From assembly GCA_903873165.1 (NCBI GenBank), contig CAIQNQ010000103.1:8387-72386 (forward strand): a stretch of 64,000 nucleotides of DNA. The letters are read 5' to 3'. Source of the DNA: an uncultured Methylococcaceae bacterium (GTDB lineage Bacteria > Pseudomonadota > Gammaproteobacteria > Methylococcales > Methylomonadaceae). Within the stretch, counting starts at the first letter, position 1, and every line of letters starts with the position of its first letter. Below the pieces are notes generated by a model. It was not told where the DNA came from. It worked only from the letters and a program-made list of their open reading frames with translations, and made no database searches. Shown in pieces: positions 20,661 to 30,584 of the stretch. The position numbers were made by a program, and so were the translations under genes.

Positions 20661-21206
20661 ATGCTACATCAAACCCTTATTAATCATCCAGCTACTCCTT
20701 CTGATGTCGTGAGTCTGTTAACTGCAACACTCACCGAACTACCAGAAAACCGCTTGCTTCTAAGCTATCAATTAACTGGAGATTTAAGCCAACTATTAAT
20801 TCCAGAATTACAAACACCGTCCGCTGGTGATAACTTATGGCAACATAGTTGTTTTGAACTTTTCATTGCTCAAGCAGACACGGAAAATTATTATGAGTTT
20901 AACTTCTCTCCCTCTACTTTATGGGCGGCCTATGCTTTTAATAGTTATAGAGTAAGACAAGAATGGCACATTAAAAACGCTCCAAACATACGCATTAGCC
21001 AGACATTAAACCAACTCCAAGTTGAAGCCACACTAAATTTAACTGACTTACCGTTGTTAAACTTTAATAAAAATTGGTTAATCGGTTTATCCGCTGTAAT
21101 CGAAACGAAACACAATGACTTGTCATATTGGGCCATAAAACACCCCGAAGCACAGCCTAATTTTCATCATCGTGATGGCTATATCCTTTACACACCACTC
21201 ACTTAA
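20661..21206 (+). CDS. hypothetical protein (possibly DOMON/carbohydrate-binding-like)
   Basis: 181-aa ORF directly upstream of the DUF1343 gene. The function is not supported by any clear motif. Confidence 0.4.
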   Translation: MLHQTLINHPATPSDVVSLLTATLTELPENRLLLSYQLTGDLSQLLIPELQTPSAGDNLWQHSCFELFIAQADTENYYEFNFSPSTLWAAYAFNSYRVRQEWHIKNAPNIRISQTLNQLQVEATLNLTDLPLLNFNKNWLIGLSAVIETKHNDLSYWAIKHPEAQPNFHHRDGYILYTPLT

Positions 21207-21210
21207 ACTT

Positions 21211-22413
21211 ATGAAATTTGGTATAGATCGCTTACTTGAAGACGCCCAACTAAGACAGCCACTTATGGGCAAGCGTCTTGCACTACTAGCCCACCCTGCT
21301 TCAGTTACTCAAGATTTAACCCACAGTTTAGATGCCCTCTCAAGTTTGCCAGAGTTAAATATCACCGCCGCCTTTGGTCCACAACATGGTCTGCGTGGGG
21401 ACAAACAAGATAATATGATTGAGTCGCTGGACTATATGGATCCAGAATTAGGTATTCCGGTCTTTAGTTTGTATGGTGAAGTCCGTAAACCGACTGATGC
21501 TATGATGGATACCTTTGATATCTTATTAGTGGACTTACAAGATTTAGGTTGTCGTATTTATACCTTTATCACCACGTTGCGTTATGTTTTAGAAGCAGCC
21601 GCTGTGCATAATAAAAGCGTATGGATACTCGATAGACCCAATCCTGCAGGCAGACCAATTGAGGGTTTAATATTACGCTCCGGTTGGGAAAGTTTTGTAG
21701 GCGCTGGCGCACTGCCCATGCGACATGGTTTAACCATGGGAGAACTAGCCCACTGGTTTATTGATACTTTAAAATTAGATGTCGATTGCCAAGTCATTAA
21801 GATGCAAGATTGGCAACCAGAAACCGCACCGGGTTATGGATGGCCTGTACAAGAACGTACCTGGATTAACCCCAGCCCTAATGCCCCCAGCCTTTGGATG
21901 ACGCGCTGTTACGCGGGCACTGTCTTATTAGAAGGCACTACATTATCAGAAGGACGCGGCACAACTCGGCCCTTAGAATTGTTTGGTGCTCCTGATATTG
22001 AGGCCAAAACTATCATTAAAACCATGCACCAATTAGCACCGCAATGGTTAACAGGTTGTCGCTTAAGAGAATGTTGGTTTGAACCCACCTTCCATAAATA
22101 TGCGGGCCAATTGTGTTCAGGTGTGCAAATTCATGTTGAAGATCAAACCTATGATCACAACCAATTTAAACCTTGGCGAATACAAGCCTTGGCTTTTAAA
22201 GTTATACGCCAACTAAAGCCTGATTATCAACTTTGGCGTGATTTTCCTTATGAATACGAGCTGGATCGCTTAGCTATTGATGTGATTAATGGCTCAACAT
22301 TATTACGCGAATGGGTCGATGATCCACAAGCTATTCCTGCCGATTTAGAATCACTTACCCAGATTGATGAACAGGCTTGGCAGCAAGAGCGTTTAGTTTA
22401 TTTGCTTTATTAA
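21211..22413 (+). CDS. DUF1343 family protein (NamZ-like exo-muramidase family)
   Basis: MKFGIDRLLED...GKRLALLAHPASV is a typical DUF1343 N-terminus. I prefer the ATG at 21211 over the longer track ORF (21172), which overlaps the upstream gene. Confidence 0.75.
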   Translation: MKFGIDRLLEDAQLRQPLMGKRLALLAHPASVTQDLTHSLDALSSLPELNITAAFGPQHGLRGDKQDNMIESLDYMDPELGIPVFSLYGEVRKPTDAMMDTFDILLVDLQDLGCRIYTFITTLRYVLEAAAVHNKSVWILDRPNPAGRPIEGLILRSGWESFVGAGALPMRHGLTMGELAHWFIDTLKLDVDCQVIKMQDWQPETAPGYGWPVQERTWINPSPNAPSLWMTRCYAGTVLLEGTTLSEGRGTTRPLELFGAPDIEAKTIIKTMHQLAPQWLTGCRLRECWFEPTFHKYAGQLCSGVQIHVEDQTYDHNQFKPWRIQALAFKVIRQLKPDYQLWRDFPYEYELDRLAIDVINGSTLLREWVDDPQAIPADLESLTQIDEQAWQQERLVYLLY

Positions 22414-22461
22414 GCCCTCTGCTACAATACGCACTTTTTAAACCTAGATAAATATAGAATC

Positions 22462-24744
22462 ATGGATGTTATCCAACGCATAGCCGAAGAACTCTCCGTA
22501 AATAGCCAACAAGTAAAAGCGGCTGTCGCTTTATTGGATGAAGGTAGTACCGTCCCGTTTATCGCTCGTTACCGAAAAGAAGTCACTGGCGGTTTAGATG
22601 ACACGCAGTTAAGGCAATTAGAAGAGCGCTTAGGTTATTTGCGCGAACTGAATGCTCGACGCGAAACGATTTTAGATAGCATTAACTCGCAGGGTAAACT
22701 CACCCCAGAATTAGAAAAGGCCATTATTGATGCCGATACTAAAACCCTACTAGAAGATTTATATTTACCTTATAAACCTAAACGTCGCACCAAAGCCCAA
22801 ATTGCCAGAGAAGCGGGCTTAGAACCATTAGCCGATGCCATTTTAGATGATCGCAGTGTGATTCCAACAGATATTGCCCTTGCTTACATTAACACCGATA
22901 AAGAAGTGCCTGATGTGGCCGCCGCTTTAGAAGGTGCGCGACAAATTATTATGGAACGCATTTCTGAAAGTGCTGAACTCTTAGCCGAATTGCGTGATCG
23001 GGTCTGGAAAGACGGCATTATTCATGCGACAGTCATCCTTGGAAAAGAACAGACTGCAGAGAAATTTAAAGATTACTTTGACTACCAAGAAGCCATCAAT
23101 AAAATCCCATCGCACCGCGCTTTAGCTTTATTCCGGGGTCGCAATGAAGATTTATTAAACATTAATCTTAAACCAGGGCTTGAAGAAAAAGACGCGCATT
23201 TATTATGTACACAATTTGTTTCTCAACACCTAAATGTCACTGATACCACTAAACCTGCAGATGCATGGTTAGCAGAAACTGCGCGGTTTGCTTGGAAAAT
23301 TAAACTGTTTACCCGTATCGATTTGGATTTGAAAATGCGCTTAAGAGAGGCCGCCGAAACCGAAGCGATTAAAGTCTTTGCTAATAATTTAAAAGATTTG
23401 TTATTAGCCGCTCCCGCTGGCTCAAAAGCCACTATGGGTTTAGACCCCGGCATCCGTACTGGTGTTAAAGTGGCTATTATTGATGCCACTGGTAAAGTCT
23501 TAGGTACTGATACTATCTATCCGCATCCCCCGCGTAAACAATGGGATGAATCTATTGCCACCTTAGCTAAATTAATCGCACAACATCAAGTTTCCCTAGT
23601 CAGTATCGGTAACGGTACCGCATCAAGAGAAACGGATCAATTAGTCGCTGATGTTATCAAACGTCACCCCGAACTAAAATTTACTAAAATTACGGTTTCA
23701 GAAGCGGGTGCATCGGTATATTCAGCCTCTGAACTCGCGGCTAAAGAATTTCCTGAGTTGGATGTATCCTTACGTGGTGCTGTGTCTATTGCTAGACGCT
23801 TACAAGACCCATTAGCAGAGTTAGTAAAGATTGATCCTAAATCCATTGGCGTCGGTCAGTACCAACATGATGTTAATCAATTTCAGTTAGCAAAAAGCCT
23901 GGATATTGTCGTTGAGGATTGTGTAAACGCGGTAGGGGTAGATGTTAATACAGCCTCAGTTTCTTTACTTAAACAAGTGTCTGGCTTATCCGCAAGCGTC
24001 AGTGAAAATATTGTTACCTTTAGAAATACCAACGGCCCCTTCTTAAATCGTAAGCAATTAAAAAAAGTACCCCGATTGGGTGATAAAGCTTATGAACAAG
24101 CGGCTGGATTCTTAAGAGTCATGAATGGCGATAACCCTTTAGATGCCTCTGCGGTGCATCCAGAAGCTTACCCTGTGGTAGAAGCGATTATTGACAATAC
24201 CGGCAAATCTATACGCGATTTAATTGGTCAAAGTCAATTTTTACGCTCGTTAAACCCTACCAACTATACCAATGCTGACTTTGGTTTACCAACTGTCACT
24301 GATATTTTGCAAGAGTTAGAAAAGCCTGGTCGTGATCCTCGTCCAGAATTTAAAAGTGTCGAATTTAAAGCCGGTATTGAAAAGATATCTGACCTTAAAC
24401 CTGGCATGAGATTAGAGGGTGTTGTCACTAACGTGGCTAATTTTGGTGCCTTTGTGGATATTGGTGTGCATCAAGATGGCTTAATTCATATTTCACATCT
24501 ATCTGATACCTTTATCAAAGACCCTAGAGATGCCGTAAAAACGGGAGACATGGTTAAAGTAAAAGTATTAGAAGTGGATGCTGAGCGTAAGCGAATTTCC
24601 TTATCTATGAAAACTACTACAGATGAAGATTTTGTGGAAGCTAAGCCAGACCATAAATCCACAAAAGCACCAAACAAAGCGAAACCACAACCTGTTGTTC
24701 AAAACAGTATGGCTAACGCTTTTGCAAAAGCTTTAAAAAAGTAG
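22462..24744 (+). CDS. tex: transcription accessory protein Tex (S1 RNA-binding domain)
   Basis: 760 aa with the N-terminal Tex motif ([17 protein letters not shown]), a YqgF-like middle region and a C-terminal S1 domain ([16 protein letters not shown]). Confidence 0.93.
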   Translation: MDVIQRIAEELSVNSQQVKAAVALLDEGSTVPFIARYRKEVTGGLDDTQLRQLEERLGYLRELNARRETILDSINSQGKLTPELEKAIIDADTKTLLEDLYLPYKPKRRTKAQIAREAGLEPLADAILDDRSVIPTDIALAYINTDKEVPDVAAALEGARQIIMERISESAELLAELRDRVWKDGIIHATVILGKEQTAEKFKDYFDYQEAINKIPSHRALALFRGRNEDLLNINLKPGLEEKDAHLLCTQFVSQHLNVTDTTKPADAWLAETARFAWKIKLFTRIDLDLKMRLREAAETEAIKVFANNLKDLLLAAPAGSKATMGLDPGIRTGVKVAIIDATGKVLGTDTIYPHPPRKQWDESIATLAKLIAQHQVSLVSIGNGTASRETDQLVADVIKRHPELKFTKITVSEAGASVYSASELAAKEFPELDVSLRGAVSIARRLQDPLAELVKIDPKSIGVGQYQHDVNQFQLAKSLDIVVEDCVNAVGVDVNTASVSLLKQVSGLSASVSENIVTFRNTNGPFLNRKQLKKVPRLGDKAYEQAAGFLRVMNGDNPLDASAVHPEAYPVVEAIIDNTGKSIRDLIGQSQFLRSLNPTNYTNADFGLPTVTDILQELEKPGRDPRPEFKSVEFKAGIEKISDLKPGMRLEGVVTNVANFGAFVDIGVHQDGLIHISHLSDTFIKDPRDAVKTGDMVKVKVLEVDAERKRISLSMKTTTDEDFVEAKPDHKSTKAPNKAKPQPVVQNSMANAFAKALKK

Positions 24745-24768
24745 AGTTACTCTAAAGATATATATGAA

Positions 24769-24808
24769 CAACAAGGCGTTGCTTATTCCATCAGCGCCTT
24801 GTTAGTTT
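24769..24808. terminator. terminator hairpin between tex and the convergent 108-aa ORF
   Basis: Stem AACAAGGCG / CGCCTTGTT with a 16-nt loop, followed by AGTTTT. Confidence 0.6.
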
Positions 24809-24821
24809 TGAAAAAATGACA

Positions 24822-25148
24822 TCAAGCTTCTTTAGGTTCAATGCGTTTACGAATGCCATCAGGCATTTCAAGTTTCGCTCTATCCCAACCCTCTAAATCT
24901 AATACTTCATCCAAGCACTTTTCCATTAACTCATGCGCTTGTTTTGTAACTTCTGCAATGCGTTCATGCACTTTCTTTTGTACTTCATTTTCAACTGGCA
25001 ATTCCAAACAAGTTTTTTGATAATCAAATAACTTACGTAAATTGCTAATTTGCATACTGATATGCACAGGACATGCACAGGTATAAAGGGCCGCTTGATT
25101 ATTAATAATAGCCAACTGCAAGGCCGTAAATTTATTATCAAGATTCAT
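24822..25148 (-). CDS. hypothetical protein (108 aa)
   Basis: ORF only. It contains a CACPVH motif and matches no family I recognise. Confidence 0.4.
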   Translation of the reverse strand: MNLDNKFTALQLAIINNQAALYTCACPVHISMQISNLRKLFDYQKTCLELPVENEVQKKVHERIAEVTKQAHELMEKCLDEVLDLEGWDRAKLEMPDGIRKRIEPKEA

Positions 25149-25445
25149 CTAGTTTCTCCTCATTATTTTTTTGCGACCGTTTATTTTTATTGCTTGAGTT
25201 CAAGCTATATTATTTTTAGCAACTCGGCCTTTATTGCTGTGATTATGATAACTCTAATATGTGCTACTGCCATCATTTTCTTATTAAAACGGTGAGTTAT
25301 TACTGCTTAAGATACTTTGACTTAAATCGCCATCATTAAATTTTAAATAGCCTATGCACATCTTTTTAATAGATGCATTAAAAATATTTTGACTGCTGTG
25401 CTTTTTGGCTTTATCATTCGCGTCAACAAAAAAGATGCAGAAAAA

Positions 25446-26036
25446 ATGAATATTAAATACCTAGTCAACGTATCAGCCGGACACCCTTTTCGCGAGAGTA
25501 TTCAACATGCTTTAGATGGAGATACTGCGGTTGTACAACTGAAAGATGTCGATCCAGAAAAAGGGCTTGATAGCGCTCAACTGTTCAAAGTGCATTTAAC
25601 GGGTCGTAAAAGTCCTGATTATTTACAACGAGGCGATATTCTCTTTGTCGGACGTGGTTACCGGATTTTTGCGGTGCTAGTCGATCAGGATTTACAGCCT
25701 ACCGTGGCTGGATCGCACTTCTTTATTCTCAGGGTTAGACCAAACAACCCAGATGTCAGTCCAGATTATTTGGTTTGGTATATTAATCATAAACAAGCAC
25801 AACGGTATTTTGCTCAACATGTAGCAGGCTCAGCGTTACCGCATGTCACCCGTACCACGCTTGAAGACTTACCGGTGCTGGTTCCGCCCTTAGCGGTGCA
25901 GGAACACATAGTCAAATTACACCATTGCCGACTAAAAGAAAAAGCCCTACTGGAAAAGTTAATCGAGAAGAAAAAACAGCTTATAGATGGCTTATTAGAT
26001 AAAACATTAGAACCGTATCACGAGGATAAAACATGA
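25446..26036 (+). CDS. hsdS: Type I restriction-modification specificity subunit, half-size (single target-recognition domain)
   Basis: TRD-like pattern (GDILFVGRG..., SHFFILR, PDYLVWYINHKQAQRYF, GSALPHVTRTTLEDLPVLVPPLAVQEHIV) followed by one conserved helical spacer. The stop overlaps the hsdM start as ATGA. The start is uncertain: ATG at 25446 or TTG at 25389. Confidence 0.7.
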   Translation: MNIKYLVNVSAGHPFRESIQHALDGDTAVVQLKDVDPEKGLDSAQLFKVHLTGRKSPDYLQRGDILFVGRGYRIFAVLVDQDLQPTVAGSHFFILRVRPNNPDVSPDYLVWYINHKQAQRYFAQHVAGSALPHVTRTTLEDLPVLVPPLAVQEHIVKLHHCRLKEKALLEKLIEKKKQLIDGLLDKTLEPYHEDKT

Positions 26037-27541
26037 GTACACAAATCAATCAAGATGAAATTAACAGCATTCTCTGGAAAGCCTGCGATACCTTTCGGGG
26101 CACTGTAGATGCCTCAGAGTATAAAAACTATATTCTAGTGATGCTGTTCGTAAAATACATTTCTGATGTGTGGCAAGAACACTACGAAAATCTAAAAGAA
26201 AAATTTGGCAATGATGAAGACATGATCTTACGCCGAATGCAACGTGAGCGTTTTGTATTGCCCAAAGGCTGTAATTTTCAAGAACTCTATAACCAACGCA
26301 ACGAGCCCAATGTTGGAGAGATTATCAATATCGCCTTAGAGCATATTGAAGAAACCAATAAACAAAAGCTCTCAGGTGTGTTTCGTAATATTGATTTTAA
26401 CTCAGAAGCTAACTTAGGCCAGACCAAAGACCGCAACACCCGCTTAAAACATCTGTTAGATGACTTTAATGACACCCGTTTAGATCTAAAGCCGTCTCGG
26501 GTGGGTAATCTGGATGTGATCGGTAATGCCTATGAATACCTAATCGCCCGCTTTGCCGCTGGTGCAGGTAAAAAAGCCGGGGAATTTTACACCCCCGCAG
26601 AAGTGTCAGAATTGATTGCCGAACTGGTTGACCCACAAGCAGGAGAGCGTATCTCTGATCCTACCTGTGGTTCAGGCTCATTACTGATTAAATGCGGCAA
26701 TCAACTCTTAAAACGCGGCATCAAAGACTTTGCCTTATATGGTCAAGAAATTACCGGCGCCACTTGGGCATTAGCAAAAATGAATATGTTTCTGCACAGT
26801 ATGGATAATGCCCGTATTGAATGGGGCGACACCATTAGAAACCCTAAGCTGATTGAAGACGACACCACTATGAAGTTTGAAGTCGTGGTAGCTAATCCAC
26901 CATTCTCTCTGGATAAATGGGGCTATGAAGTGGCCAGCAACGATCCTTATCAACGCTTTCATCGGGGCTTACCCCCCCAATCTAAAGGCGATTATGCCTT
27001 TATCTTGCACATGATAGAAACGACTACTCAAGATTCTGGCAGAGTCGGCGTGGTAGTACCTAATGGGGTATTATTCCGTGGTGCTGCCGAAGGTAAAATA
27101 CGCCAACAACTGATTGAAGAAAATTTACTGGACGCAGTCATTGGCTTACCAGCCAATCTGTTTTTTGGCACGGGAATCCCGGCGGCAGTATTACTATTTA
27201 AACGTAATAAAGCCGATAACAAGGTACTGTTTATTGATGCCAGTCGCGATTATCAAAGCGACAAAAATCAGAACAGACTCAGACAAACTGATATTGATAA
27301 AATTCTCACCACCTATCAAGCGAGAATCTCTGTCGATAAATATGCCTATCTTGCAGACATTAAAGAGCTTAAAGAAAATGACTTTAATCTTAATATCCCT
27401 CGCTATGTTGACACCTTCGAAGAAGAACAAGAGATTGATATTAATGCTGTGCAAGCTGAGATAGTTACCTTAGAAGCTGAACTGGCTGATGTGAAACTTC
27501 AAATGGTTGCTTACATGAAGGAACTTGGCTATGAGGCATAA
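26033..27541 (+). CDS. hsdM: Type I restriction-modification DNA methyltransferase subunit M (N6-adenine)
   Basis: HsdM N-terminal domain (LWKACDTFRG...YKNYILVMLFVKYISD), SAM motif DPTCGSGSLL and catalytic motif NPPF. Confidence 0.93.
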   Translation: MSTQINQDEINSILWKACDTFRGTVDASEYKNYILVMLFVKYISDVWQEHYENLKEKFGNDEDMILRRMQRERFVLPKGCNFQELYNQRNEPNVGEIINIALEHIEETNKQKLSGVFRNIDFNSEANLGQTKDRNTRLKHLLDDFNDTRLDLKPSRVGNLDVIGNAYEYLIARFAAGAGKKAGEFYTPAEVSELIAELVDPQAGERISDPTCGSGSLLIKCGNQLLKRGIKDFALYGQEITGATWALAKMNMFLHSMDNARIEWGDTIRNPKLIEDDTTMKFEVVVANPPFSLDKWGYEVASNDPYQRFHRGLPPQSKGDYAFILHMIETTTQDSGRVGVVVPNGVLFRGAAEGKIRQQLIEENLLDAVIGLPANLFFGTGIPAAVLLFKRNKADNKVLFIDASRDYQSDKNQNRLRQTDIDKILTTYQARISVDKYAYLADIKELKENDFNLNIPRYVDTFEEEQEIDINAVQAEIVTLEAELADVKLQMVAYMKELGYEA

Positions 27542-27586
27542 AGCACAGTGCTTTTTTTATGCTCATCTTTGTTGGAGTAATAGTCT

Positions 27587-28801
27587 ATGAGAGTACCTGA
27601 TGGATGGAATACTTTACCCATTTCAGACATATTAGAACGAGTTTCTGAGCCTGTCTTTCCAAAACCTGAAGAAAATTATTACCAAATTGGTATACGATCT
27701 CATGGCAAAGGATTGTTTCATAAGGAAGCAGTCACCGGCGAAGCATTAGGCGACAAAAGAGTATTTCGAGTTCATCCAGATTGCTTCATTGTTAATATTG
27801 TTTTTGCTTGGGAACAGGCTGTTGCAAAAACAAGTTCCAATGAAATTGGCATGATTGCATCACACAGATTCCCTATGTTTCGACCAAAAAACAATCAATG
27901 TGATATCCATTATTTAACTTATTTCTTCAAGACACCTAAAGGCAAGTACCTACTTGAGCTCGCTTCTCCCGGTGGAGCGGGTCGAAATAAGACATTGGGG
28001 CAAAATGAGTTTTCTTTACTAAAGTTAACGCTTCCACCCATAAATGAGCAACAAAAAATCTCACAGATTCTATCCACTTGGGACAAAGCTATTGATAAGT
28101 TGGAAGCGTTAATTGCCGCTAAGCAAAAGCGTAAAAAAGCCTTGATGCAACAGCTTTTAACTGGAAATAAAAGATATTTTGGATTTAATGAGGCTTGGGT
28201 TCAATTTAAACTTGGGGAGATATTCTCAAAGATTTCTAACGGTTTAACATATGACACCAATGCCGAAGAGGGATTACCTGTTACTCGAATTGAAACAACA
28301 ACTAACGGAAAAATAAATTATGAGAAAGTTGGTTGGGCCCCAAATAATGATAATACAAAGCGCTTCACACTTTGTTACGGCGACATTTTATACAGCCACA
28401 TAAATAGTCTTGAACATATTGGTAGAGTCGCTTTTTACCGTGCAGAAAAGCCTTTATATCATGGCATGAACTTACTTTTGCTTAGGCCAAATGAAAAAGT
28501 AGTGCCAGAATTAATTTTCCATATTTTAAATTCAATGATTGGTAAAAAATATGCTAGAAATTACGCAAAGTCAGCCGTAAATCAGGCAAGTATTTCTACA
28601 GCGGATATTAAAAGCTTTAAAATCAAAATTCCCACTTTAAAAGAACAACTAAAGATAGCAGATGTTATCACTGCTGCCGACAACGAAATAACCATACACC
28701 AAAACCAACTCGCAGCACTCAAGCAACAGAAAAAAGCCCTGATGCAACAGCTTTTGACCGGCAAGAAGCGGGTCAATATTGATCTTAAGGTGGTTGCATG
28801 A
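27587..28801 (+). CDS. hsdS: Type I restriction-modification specificity subunit S (two TRDs)
   Basis: 404 aa with two variable regions separated and followed by the conserved repeats KKALMQQLLTG(N/K)KR. Confidence 0.9.
   Translation: MRVPDGWNTLPISDILERVSEPVFPKPEENYYQIGIRSHGKGLFHKEAVTGEALGDKRVFRVHPDCFIVNIVFAWEQAVAKTSSNEIGMIASHRFPMFRPKNNQCDIHYLTYFFKTPKGKYLLELASPGGAGRNKTLGQNEFSLLKLTLPPINEQQKISQILSTWDKAIDKLEALIAAKQKRKKALMQQLLTGNKRYFGFNEAWVQFKLGEIFSKISNGLTYDTNAEEGLPVTRIETTTNGKINYEKVGWAPNNDNTKRFTLCYGDILYSHINSLEHIGRVAFYRAEKPLYHGMNLLLLRPNEKVVPELIFHILNSMIGKKYARNYAKSAVNQASISTADIKSFKIKIPTLKEQLKIADVITAADNEITIHQNQLAALKQQKKALMQQLLTGKKRVNIDLKVVA
28133..28164 (+). repeat. hsdS conserved-region direct repeat, copy 1
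   Basis: AAAAAAGCCTTGATGCAACAGCTTTTAACTGG has 3 mismatches over 32 nt against the copy at 28730-28761. Confidence 0.85.
28730..28761 (+). repeat. hsdS conserved-region direct repeat, copy 2
   Basis: AAAAAAGCCCTGATGCAACAGCTTTTGACCGG. Confidence 0.85.
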
Positions 28802-29301
28802 CCGATACAGTATTTGAAAATATACGCAAAGAGTGCCTGAGGATTGAAGAAGACGTTCTTCATTCGGGAAAAAGTCACTGCAATGCATCCGCCATGTGGT
28901 CATGGATTCATTATTTGATAGGCATACCTATGACAATTTTTGCAGCATGGGCCGGAATAGATGCTTTCAGTGAAAATTCACAGTTCTCAGGTTATTTGTC
29001 ATTAATAACAGCGACCTTGGCGGCATTACAGACATTTATAAGCCCGAGCGACAAATCATCAAAGCATAAAAGTGCCGGCACTGAATATTTCAGACTTAAA
29101 AACCAAACGCGGATATTTCGAGAAATTGAACTCGATGAAAGCGACAAAACTGAAGCCAAGAAAGCGATATGTCTACTTGCGCAGAATCGGGATGATTTAA
29201 ACAGTATTTCTCCTTCCATACCTTATTTGGCCTTTTGGTTGGCCCGCAAAGGAATCAATCGAGGGAATGCAGTTTATAACGTAGATAAAGGAGCGAATTA
29301 A
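28798..29301 (+). CDS. SLATT-like 2-TM effector protein
   Basis: 167 aa with two adjacent hydrophobic helices (WIHYLIGIPMTIFAAWAGI and GYLSLITATLAALQTFI), then a charged helical tail with the conserved-looking KHKSAGTEYFRLKN. The ATG overlaps the hsdS stop by 4 nt, and an SMODS-type gene follows immediately. Confidence 0.65.
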   Translation: MTDTVFENIRKECLRIEEDVLHSGKSHCNASAMWSWIHYLIGIPMTIFAAWAGIDAFSENSQFSGYLSLITATLAALQTFISPSDKSSKHKSAGTEYFRLKNQTRIFREIELDESDKTEAKKAICLLAQNRDDLNSISPSIPYLAFWLARKGINRGNAVYNVDKGAN

Positions 29302-30144
29302 ATGACAGTATCAACATATTTAAAGCGTATTTCTGATGGCGCGATCATTCGTGACAACGAAAAAGAGTCTATTCAAAAATCAATTTCTACCATTCAAGAT
29401 CGCCTTTATAGTTATTTTGGCAGTGCGATCAAGGAGAAGTTTATTTTCGGATCATATACTCGGGGAACAATTCTGCCGCGCTCCATGGACGATCAGTCTG
29501 ATATTGATTATATGGTTTTATTTGAAAACGATGGCGTTAAACCACAATCATATTTAGATCGGCTCAAGAAATTTGCAGAGAAACGCTATTCTACCTCTGA
29601 GATTAAACAGTCGCACCCCACAATAAAACTGAATCTGAACCATATTACTTTTGAGCTTGTTCCTGCGCAAAATGATTGGTTTTCAGGATATAAAATACCG
29701 TCAAAAAAATACGGAATTGATGATTGGATTGACACAAACCCGAATGACTTCAATCAAGCCTTAACTGAAAAAAATAAAGAATATGGATACGTTATTAAGC
29801 CACTGATACGCTTAGTGAAATATTGGAATGCGAGGAATGGCTACATTTTTAAGTCATTCTCTTTAGAAAAATGGATCGTAGAACAATCCTTTTCAGGGGC
29901 CACGATTCTTCATACTCCTGATTTAAAGGAATGTCTGTTTCAGTGCTTTGAAAGAATTGACACTGGAAAATTATCTGAAGCCAACAAAAACAAGGTTAAT
30001 CGCGCCAAAACTATTGTTGCAGAAGTCAGAAAACTTGAAAAAGATGGCCATCCTGTACCAGCAGAAGAAAAAATCAAAAAGCTAATTCCTGATACTGATG
30101 AAGATACAAAAGGGTTGGCGGCGATACTACTCGGTATGAGATAG
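29302..30144 (+). CDS. SMODS-type (Pol-beta fold) nucleotidyltransferase, CD-NTase-like
   Basis: FGSYTRGTILPRSMDDQSDIDYMVLF gives a G-S ... DxD minimal nucleotidyltransferase signature. The third acidic position is plausible in FELVPAQ. The ATG directly abuts the SLATT stop (TAAATG). Confidence 0.7.
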   Translation: MTVSTYLKRISDGAIIRDNEKESIQKSISTIQDRLYSYFGSAIKEKFIFGSYTRGTILPRSMDDQSDIDYMVLFENDGVKPQSYLDRLKKFAEKRYSTSEIKQSHPTIKLNLNHITFELVPAQNDWFSGYKIPSKKYGIDDWIDTNPNDFNQALTEKNKEYGYVIKPLIRLVKYWNARNGYIFKSFSLEKWIVEQSFSGATILHTPDLKECLFQCFERIDTGKLSEANKNKVNRAKTIVAEVRKLEKDGHPVPAEEKIKKLIPDTDEDTKGLAAILLGMR

Positions 30145-30151
30145 GATACAA

Positions 30152-30463
30152 GTGCTGATGGTCGCTCAAGAGTATGTGGAAGATTTGTCGTCGTTGCCTG
30201 CGCTTGGCTTGCTTGGTCAGTTAGGCTATCGGTATCTGACACCCTCTGAAAATTTGGCATTGCGTGGTGGTAGAACTACTAAGTTGATCTTGGAAACTGT
30301 ACTGAAAGAACAGCACCGTAAATTCAACTCCATCACTTTCAAAGGTAAACAATACGACTTCAGTGAAGGCAATATCCAGAAAGCCGTTCAGGCCTTAGCC
30401 GATATTCCCTTTGATAGTCTGATGAATACGCGAGAGCAGATTTACGACCCGCTCACCATTTAG
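30152..30463 (+). pseudogene. hsdR: hsdR 5' fragment (about 100 codons), diverged paralog of the N-terminus of the full hsdR
   Basis: The fragment reads EDLSSLPALGLLGQLGYRYLTPSENLALRGGRTTK...NSITFKGKQYDFSEGNIQKAVQALADIPFDSLMNTREQIYD. It aligns residue for residue with EDLSSLLPALTVLEKLGFSYLTPADQLALRGGRTSK...NSITFKGQVTAFTDSNIQKAVQALVGIPFDSLMNTSEQVYD of the 30678 gene. The fragment ends before any nuclease or helicase motif. Confidence 0.75.
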
Positions 30464-30556
30464 AATTTAATCTAGCCAGTATGGGCGCTCCATAAGATTA
30501 CGAGAAAAGATGGTAGGTGAGATTGCAAAAGCAATAGGCAATAAAAAACCCCTAAG

Positions 30557-30584
30557 CGATTTAACTGCAAAAGCAGTTAAATCG
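30557..30584. repeat. 12-bp perfect stem hairpin (CGATTTAACTGC aaaa GCAGTTAAATCG) just upstream of hsdR
   Basis: Read directly from the sequence. No T-tract follows it. Confidence 0.8.

Noticed and set aside
21172-21210. Longer start of the DUF1343 gene, overlapping the upstream ORF by 35 nt
   Set aside because: The family-typical N-terminus begins at MKFGIDRLLED (ATG at 21211), right after the upstream stop.
26287-27464. Small ORFs inside or antisense to hsdM (26287-26475, 26771-26962, 27028-27222, 27114-27464, 27194-27454)
   Set aside because: They are shadow ORFs within a full-length, motif-complete hsdM.
27542-27586. Short hairpin plus T-run (AAAGC-acagt-GCTTTTTTT) between hsdM and hsdS as an internal terminator
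   Set aside because: The stem is only 5 bp, and the genes clearly belong to one operon. It is too weak to call.
29336-30260. Track ORFs 29336-29557 (+) and 29940-30260 (-) overlapping the SMODS gene
   Set aside because: Both lie inside or antisense to a gene with a clear nucleotidyltransferase signature and tight operon packing. Neither has a supporting motif.
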